24,264 nucleotides of DNA from an uncultured Clostridia bacterium (GTDB lineage Bacteria; Bacillota; Clostridia; TANB77; CAG-508). The notes below the pieces were generated by a model. The model was not told the DNA's origin. It worked only from the letters and a program-made list of their open reading frames with translations, and ran no database searches. The translations under genes were made by a program, and so were the position numbers. Of the stretch, positions 19,326-24,264 are shown piece after piece (the stretch's first letter is position 1; each line of letters opens with the position of its first letter). The stretch is taken from assembly GCA_947631785.1 (NCBI GenBank), contig CANRMR010000022.1, positions 1 to 24,264 on the forward strand, written 5' to 3'.

Positions 19326-20048
19326 ATGGAAGAAATAAGATTACAAAAATACTTAGCAAATCTTGGTATCGCATCAAGAAGAAAATGTGAAGAATATATA
19401 ATAGAAGGTAAAGTACAAGTAAATAACAAAATAATAACAACATTAGGAACAAAAATAAATCCAGATATAGACGAAATATTATTTGACGGAAAAAAAGTAA
19501 AAAATGAAAAAAAACTTGTATATATTTTATTAAATAAACCTATTGGATATGTCACAACAGTAAAAGATCAATTTGGAAGACAAACAGTTCTAGATTTATT
19601 AAAAGATGTTAAAGAAAAAGTTTTACCAGTAGGAAGATTAGATATGTATACATCTGGCGCTTTAATTTTAACAAACGATGGTGATTTTATATACAAAGTT
19701 ACACATCCAAAACATCAAATTAAAAAAACATATACTGTAACATTAAAGGGTATTGTTAAACAAAATGAAATTAATATGCTAAAAAATGGAGTAGAAATAG
19801 AAGATTATATAACAAAACCTGCAGAAGTTAAAATTTTAAAAATGGATAAAGAAAAACAAATAACTAGGTTAGAAATTACAATACACGAAGGGAAAAATAG
19901 ACAAGTAAGAAAAATGTGTGAAGCAATTAACAAAAATGTTTTAGCACTTCATAGAAGTAAAATAGGAAATCTTGGAGTAAAAGATTTAAAAATAGGAAAT
20001 TACAGGTATTTAAAAAAAGAAGAATTAAATAAAATAGGAAAAATATAA
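19326..20048 (+). CDS. rluB: RsuA/RluB-family rRNA pseudouridine synthase (N-terminal S4 domain)
   Basis: AAGGAGA RBS. IRLQKYLANLGIASRRKCEEYIIEGKVQVNNK forms the S4 domain. The catalytic motif is VGRLDMYTSGALILTNDGD, and GKNRQVRKM is present. Confidence 0.9.
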   Translation: MEEIRLQKYLANLGIASRRKCEEYIIEGKVQVNNKIITTLGTKINPDIDEILFDGKKVKNEKKLVYILLNKPIGYVTTVKDQFGRQTVLDLLKDVKEKVLPVGRLDMYTSGALILTNDGDFIYKVTHPKHQIKKTYTVTLKGIVKQNEINMLKNGVEIEDYITKPAEVKILKMDKEKQITRLEITIHEGKNRQVRKMCEAINKNVLALHRSKIGNLGVKDLKIGNYRYLKKEELNKIGKI

Positions 20049-20212
20049 ACAAAAAAGTGGTATTGCTACACTATTCTTTAAATTTACACTAATTTATGTA
20101 AATACTAGACTTTTTTTAGCTTATATGATATAATTCAAAAAATAAAAAAATGCTAAATAATTTTAGAAGGCAAAAATAAATTATTTATGCCTTAAGGAAG
20201 GAATGATAAAAA

Positions 20213-21157
20213 GTGATAGAGGATAACCAAATTGAAGCAAAAAATTCACCATTTGCAATGAGACAAGGAGAAGTTAAAACATTTGATGGTAAAGATAGAT
20301 ATGTATCTATGAATCAAATTATCCACAAAATTAATATGGGACATATTAATGATTTACATTTTAAAATTTTAGAAATCGTAAATGAATTTGAATTTATAAC
20401 ATCAAGACAACTATGCCAAATTTTAGATTGGAAAAAAATTGAATATAAAACACAAGACAAATTAAATAATAAATTAGAGCAACTTGTAAAATCAAAAATT
20501 TTAACAAGATACTATTTTTCTTCAGAAGAAGGAAAGGGAATTTACAGAATTTACTGTTTAGAAAAAATGGGAAAATATTTACTTAATTCTAGAGGTATAG
20601 AATGTAAATGGCAACCAACAGATAATACAAAACCAGTTGCAATGATAAAGAAAAGATTAGCTGGAAATCAAGCAATAATAGCATATATTAGAAAAGTTAA
20701 AGCATTTGATTCATATACAGTAAAACCTGCACTTCAAGCAAAAACATTAGGAAAAGTTTTTAAACCAACAGCAGGTAGTGTAAAATTAACTAAAAATAAT
20801 AAATCAATTGTATTTTTATTTGAAGCAGTAAGAAGAGAAGATGACTGGGAGAAAAAACTAGTAGAAAAAATGAAATTATATAAAGATTTTTATGAAAATT
20901 TTCAAGCAATGGATTCAGGATTTATGACAATGCCTCAATTAATATTTATTTGTGAAGATGATAAACATTGTGCAGAAACTTTTAAAACTATAATAACAAA
21001 CAAACTAGAAATTTCAAATATAAAACTACTATTTACAACAGATTTAAAGCAAAACGAAGAATCACTCGTAAAAACATTAATTGAATTTAAACTAGACGAG
21101 GCAACTAATAAATACAAAATAGAAGAGGTAGAATTAAAATTATTAGAAAGCAAATAA
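20213..21157 (+). CDS. Hypothetical protein, replication-relaxation (Replic_Relax, PF13814)-like with an N-terminal winged-helix segment
   Basis: GTG start with AAGGAAGGA upstream. The 314-aa product has LHFKILEIVNEFEFITSRQLCQIL..KLEQLVKSKILTRYYF..GKGIYRIYCLEKMGKYLL, which resembles the wHTH-plus-core layout of the Replic_Relax family. This is a recollection, not a search result. Confidence 0.45.
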   Translation: MIEDNQIEAKNSPFAMRQGEVKTFDGKDRYVSMNQIIHKINMGHINDLHFKILEIVNEFEFITSRQLCQILDWKKIEYKTQDKLNNKLEQLVKSKILTRYYFSSEEGKGIYRIYCLEKMGKYLLNSRGIECKWQPTDNTKPVAMIKKRLAGNQAIIAYIRKVKAFDSYTVKPALQAKTLGKVFKPTAGSVKLTKNNKSIVFLFEAVRREDDWEKKLVEKMKLYKDFYENFQAMDSGFMTMPQLIFICEDDKHCAETFKTIITNKLEISNIKLLFTTDLKQNEESLVKTLIEFKLDEATNKYKIEEVELKLLESK

Positions 21158-21208
21158 AGCAAAATAAAACAAGGTATATTTTTACCTTGTTTTATTTTGC
21201 TTTATTTG
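21151..21208 (+). terminator. 26-bp perfect hairpin (probable terminator, possibly bidirectional) overlapping the stop codon of the preceding gene
   Basis: CAAATAAAGCAAAATAAAACAAGGTA (21151-21176) and TACCTTGTTTTATTTTGCTTTATTTG (21183-21208) are exact reverse complements separated by a 6-nt loop. Confidence 0.6.
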
Positions 21209-21316
21209 AAATATTAAATAAGTGATACACAAAAAGATAATTTATTATCCTAAGTTAAAATAAAAATGTATAGTAAAAGAAAAAATGATTCATCCTAAAC
21301 TTAAGGAGGAAAAAAT

Positions 21317-21565
21317 ATGAAGGTTGGTTGGATAAAGGCAAAAAAAGACAATAAAAGTTTTAAGATATGGAAAAATTTAGGATTAGATGTATATGAAATA
21401 GAAGAATTAGATAAAGTAGATAATATAATTTCAGAATTAATAAAAGAAGACTACCATACATTAGTAATATCAAATGAAGTTGCAGGATTTTCAGAAGATA
21501 TTATTAAACTATATAAAAATATGGATAATGTAAATATTATCATAACTCCTAATAATAAATATTAA
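21317..21565 (+). CDS. Hypothetical 82-aa protein (weak resemblance to the V-type ATPase subunit F fold)
   Basis: AAGGAGG RBS 7 nt upstream of the ATG. The pattern ..GLDVYEIEELDKVDNIISELIKEDYHTLVISNEVAGFSEDII..NIIITP recalls PF01990-type proteins. This is an unverified impression. Confidence 0.45.
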   Translation: MKVGWIKAKKDNKSFKIWKNLGLDVYEIEELDKVDNIISELIKEDYHTLVISNEVAGFSEDIIKLYKNMDNVNIIITPNNKY

Positions 21566-21598
21566 ATGAAAACATATATATAATTATTGGAGGTAAAA

Positions 21599-22118
21599 TT
21601 GAACGATTTAATTTATAAGCAATTAAGCAAAAAAATATTAATGCAAAAAGATAAAAATTATCAATATGTTTTTTTATGTATAGGAACAGAAAAAGTAGTA
21701 GGAGATTTATATGGTCCACTTGTAGGTCAAAAATTGTATGAAAATTTTTTAAAAAAGCAAAAAAGCAATGTAGTAGTATATGGCAAAATAGGTGAAAATG
21801 TCGTATATTCCAATATAAAAAGCAAAATAGAAAAGATAAATTCAATTCATAACAATCCATATATTATTGCAATAGATTCTGCAATATCTGAAGAAAAGAA
21901 TATTGGTAAAATTATAGTAAGTAGTAAAAAAATAAAAATAGGAGAAGCTATACGGAAAAAAAGAATATGAACTTGGAAATATATCTATTAAAGCAATTGT
22001 TGGAAAAAAACAAAATACAAATATTGAAAGTTATAAAGAATTAAAATATGCATCATATTCACTTGTAGAAAATTTAGCAAACGAAACAGTAAAAGGAATT
22101 TTAAAATTAGAAGTATAA
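21599..22118 (+). CDS. yyaC: YyaC-like (GPR/DUF1256-family) putative spore protease; needs a +1 shift at or near CGG 21953-21955 (the track shows only 21587..21970)
   Basis: The probable start is TTG 21599, 5 nt after GGAGG. The product has FLCIGTEKVVGDLYGPLVG and YIIAIDSAI, then ..KIGEAI followed by CGG. The +1 frame continues GKKEYELGNISIKAIVG..ETVKGILKLEV-stop (22116-22118). CIGTD(R/K)xxGDxxGPLVG and IAIDA are YyaC family landmarks. Confidence 0.7.
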
Positions 22119-22174
22119 AATAAGAAATAATTGGAAAAAATTTAAATAATAAATTTTTTCTAGGAGGAATACAT

Positions 22175-22522
22175 ATGGATAAATCAAATATGAAAAATAT
22201 GGTAGTGCTTAAAGATTTGCCATCTAATATAGTAGAAGAAGCAATTGTAGTGCTAAAAAGTAATAGAAAAATAAATAAGATAATTCAAAGTAAAAATAAA
22301 AAAATAGAAAAAACAGTGCAAATAAAAAATAAAGAAGATAAGCAGTATATTGTAAAAGAAGCAGAAATGATAATTTCAAATTATATAAATGAAATAGAAA
22401 ATCCGAAAATAACCAATAAAGGACAAAAAAACTTACAAAAAAAATATAATAGACTAAAAAGAATAAATAGGTATCTTGCTTTTTTTGCATTTATCAGTTT
22501 TATAGCGTATTTAATTAAATAA
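22175..22522 (+). CDS. Hypothetical Lys-rich protein with a C-terminal TM anchor
   Basis: AGGAGG RBS. The 115-aa product is very basic (KSNRKINKIIQSKNKKIEK..) and ends in the hydrophobic segment YLAFFAFISFIAYLI. A strong terminator follows. Confidence 0.5.
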   Translation: MDKSNMKNMVVLKDLPSNIVEEAIVVLKSNRKINKIIQSKNKKIEKTVQIKNKEDKQYIVKEAEMIISNYINEIENPKITNKGQKNLQKKYNRLKRINRYLAFFAFISFIAYLIK

Positions 22523-22523
22523 T

Positions 22524-22557
22524 AAAAAATCTAGTGAAAACTCACTAGATTTTTTTA
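22524..22557 (+). terminator. Rho-independent terminator
   Basis: AAAAAATCTAGTGA (22524-22537) pairs with TCACTAGATTTTTT (22542-22555) around the loop AAAC. The T-run forms part of the stem and tail. Confidence 0.85.
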
Positions 22558-22646
22558 TATAATAGAAAATTAAAAATAAAAGAAATTCATAAAATAAAAA
22601 AATAAAGAATATAGTTAAATAAAAATAAAAACTAGAGGTGTAAAAA

Positions 22647-23574
22647 ATGGAAAGAGCATTAACATATGAAGAAAAAATAAGAAAAGCAGAAGAAATTTAT
22701 GCAAGAAGAAATAAAAATGGTTTATCACATAACATAGCAACTGTTAATATAAGGGAAAACAAGAAAAAATCAGTATTAAAAAAAATGGTATTACAAATGC
22801 TAATATGTCTTGGAATGTATTTAATATTTTACTTAATACAAACAACTGATTATGTGTTTTCAGAAAATGTAAGAGGAAGTACAAAACAAATATTATCTTA
22901 TGATGTTGATTTAAAAGATCTTTATAATACAATAAGCCAATATATAAATAGCCTAATAAATAATAATAGTAATACACAAGAAAATAATATGGAAGAGCAA
23001 AATCAAGATAATATAGAAGAGCAAAATTTGGTAGAAGAAAATAATCAAGTTCAAATGGAAGTTCAACAAGAAACAGATGAGCAAATACAAGAAGAAAATA
23101 AAACAAATGTAGAAGATACAAACAATCAAGAAGTAAATACAACGCTTAGTCAAATGGAAATAGATGCAAACCAAATAAAACAAAATTATTCTTTAATAAT
23201 ACCTGTAAATGGAGTAATATCTTCAGAATTTGGAGAAAGAGAAGTAAATAATGCATTAATTACACCAGAACATTATGGTATTGATATAGCAGCAAATGAA
23301 GGAACACAAATTATAGCAAGTATGGAAGGAGATGTAATAGTATCTTCTACATCTGCAACTTATCGGAAACTTTATAAAAATAAAAAATAATAATGTAACA
23401 ACAATTTATGCACATTGTAATACTTTACTTGTAAAAGAAGGGGAAAAAGTAGGACAAGGACAACAAATTGCAACAGTAGGGCATACAGGGGATGCCACAG
23501 GATCACATTTACATTTTGAAATTAGGCTAGATGATAGACCAATAAATCCGAGATATATTTTGCAATTTTCATAA
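22647..23574 (+). CDS. spoIVFA: Membrane-anchored M23/LytM metallopeptidase, SpoIVFA-like by position; needs a +1 shift at CGG 23364-23366 (the track shows only 22647..23390)
   Basis: There is one TM helix (MVLQMLICLGMYLIFYLI) and an N/Q/E-rich linker. The LytM domain has PVNGVISSEFG and HYGIDI (HxxxD), then ..STSATY followed by CGG. The +1 frame continues GNFIKIKNNNVTTIYAHCNTLLVKEGEKVGQGQQIATVGHTGDATGSHLHFEI (HxH)..stop at 23572-23574. It lies immediately upstream of an M50 protease, as in the spoIVFA-spoIVFB arrangement. Confidence 0.75.
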
Positions 23575-23613
23575 ATATAATAAACTTAAAAGTATAGGAA
23601 AGGATGAATATAA

Positions 23614-24264
23614 GTGAATCTTAAAATAAATTTTAAGATAATATTTGTTATTATTTTATTTTACTTAAGCAAGCAAATAGAAATATATGGTTTAATAATG
23701 CTATTTGCTTGTATTCACGAATTAGGACATATAATATCAGGAATTATACTAGGACTAAAACCAAAAAGAGTAGAATTAATGCCACTAGGACTGGCAGTAT
23801 CTTTTAAAGTAGATGCAAATAACTATAATAAAAAAATTGGAAAAGGAAGTTTATTACATATAAAAAAAATGATAATTGCAATAGCAGGTCCACTAACGAA
23901 TTTTGTTTTAGCATTTATCTTTTGTAAAATAAACTTTTTACCAATAAAAAACATACAAGAAGATATTGTATATATAAACTTATTAATAGGAATATTTAAC
24001 CTACTTCCAATTTATCCAATGGATGGAGGAAGAATATTAAAAGAAATATTACATATAAAAATGGGTTCAAAACAATCTGTTATACACACAAATGAAATAT
24101 CAAATATATGTATTATAGTACTTACAGCTCTTGCAAGCATTGCAATATACTATTTTAAAAACGTATCCATTTTACTTATTATTGTATATTTGTGGATTTT
24201 AGTAATAATGGAAAATAAAAAATATAAAATGCAAATGAGAATATATAATGCAATAGAAAAATAA
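23614..24264 (+). CDS. spoIVFB: M50-family site-2 metalloprotease, SpoIVFB-like (short form)
   Basis: GTG start with AGGAAAGGA upstream. The zinc motif is FACIHELGHIISG (HExxH) and the second motif is NLLPIYPMDGGRIL (NxxPxxxxDG). The 216-aa polytopic protein has its stop at 24262-24264, the window end. Confidence 0.8.
   Translation: MNLKINFKIIFVIILFYLSKQIEIYGLIMLFACIHELGHIISGIILGLKPKRVELMPLGLAVSFKVDANNYNKKIGKGSLLHIKKMIIAIAGPLTNFVLAFIFCKINFLPIKNIQEDIVYINLLIGIFNLLPIYPMDGGRILKEILHIKMGSKQSVIHTNEISNICIIVLTALASIAIYYFKNVSILLIIVYLWILVIMENKKYKMQMRIYNAIEK

Noticed and set aside
22560-22646. Sigma-E or sigma-K-type sporulation promoter upstream of the M23 peptidase (TTCATA .. AATATAGT)
   Set aside because: The match to the mother-cell sigma consensus is loose. 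In DNA this AT-rich such hexamers occur by chance, so the call cannot be supported without transcript mapping.
22744-23142. 132-aa and 76-aa minus-strand ORFs (22744..23142 and 22953..23183) opposite the M23 peptidase linker
   Set aside because: These are shadow ORFs antisense to a well-supported gene. Their translations are Leu/Phe/Tyr-rich low-complexity sequence produced by reading an A-rich coding strand backwards. They have no RBS. The same reasoning applies to the other antisense track ORFs: 3088..3282, 4132..4440, 5069..5311, 5573..5827, 6183..6419, 6203..6538, 9179..9367, 9544..9990, 11309..11572, 12195..12413, 12636..12863, 12748..13011, 13915..14100, 14934..15242, 17807..17989, 19295..19555, 20935..21162, 21549..21860 and 22224..22490.

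Overview
This is a chromosomal housekeeping-plus-sporulation segment of a very AT-rich Firmicute. It looks like a Clostridia-type endospore former, because spoVB-, yyaC-, spoIVFA- and spoIVFB-like genes are present. About 27 tightly packed genes are supported: feoB (-, partial), a small membrane protein, glmU, a spoVB-like flippase, hup, pdp, dapB (-), an HD hydrolase (-), dapA (-), rpiB, a WecA/TagO-like transferase, trpS, obg, a small membrane-anchored orphan, an OmpR-type response regulator with its histidine kinase, a large GT-C-like membrane protein, a divergent lspA-like gene, rluD, rluB, a Replic_Relax-like protein, an 82-aa orphan, a yyaC-like gene, a Lys-rich orphan, an M23 peptidase and an M50 site-2 protease. 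I saw no rRNA, tRNA, CRISPR array or transposase. The main result concerns eight genes that are frame-broken (feoB, pdp, dapA, rpiB, the GT4 transferase, obg, yyaC-like, M23 peptidase). Every break lies exactly at an in-frame CGG codon, and the protein resumes in the +1 frame on GGA or GGT (Gly), mostly at family-conserved glycines. I found no in-frame CGG that is read normally and no frame break without a CGG. This suggests either a dedicated CGG-triggered +1 recoding (a CGGW quadruplet glycine) or a very sequence-specific assembly artefact. Secondary observations are a GC-rich island flanked by 24-nt inverted repeats between rluD and rluB, an LspA-like protein missing one catalytic Asp, a Replic_Relax-like orphan ending in a 26-bp perfect hairpin, and a sigma-A-type promoter embedded in phased ATTACAA repeats.
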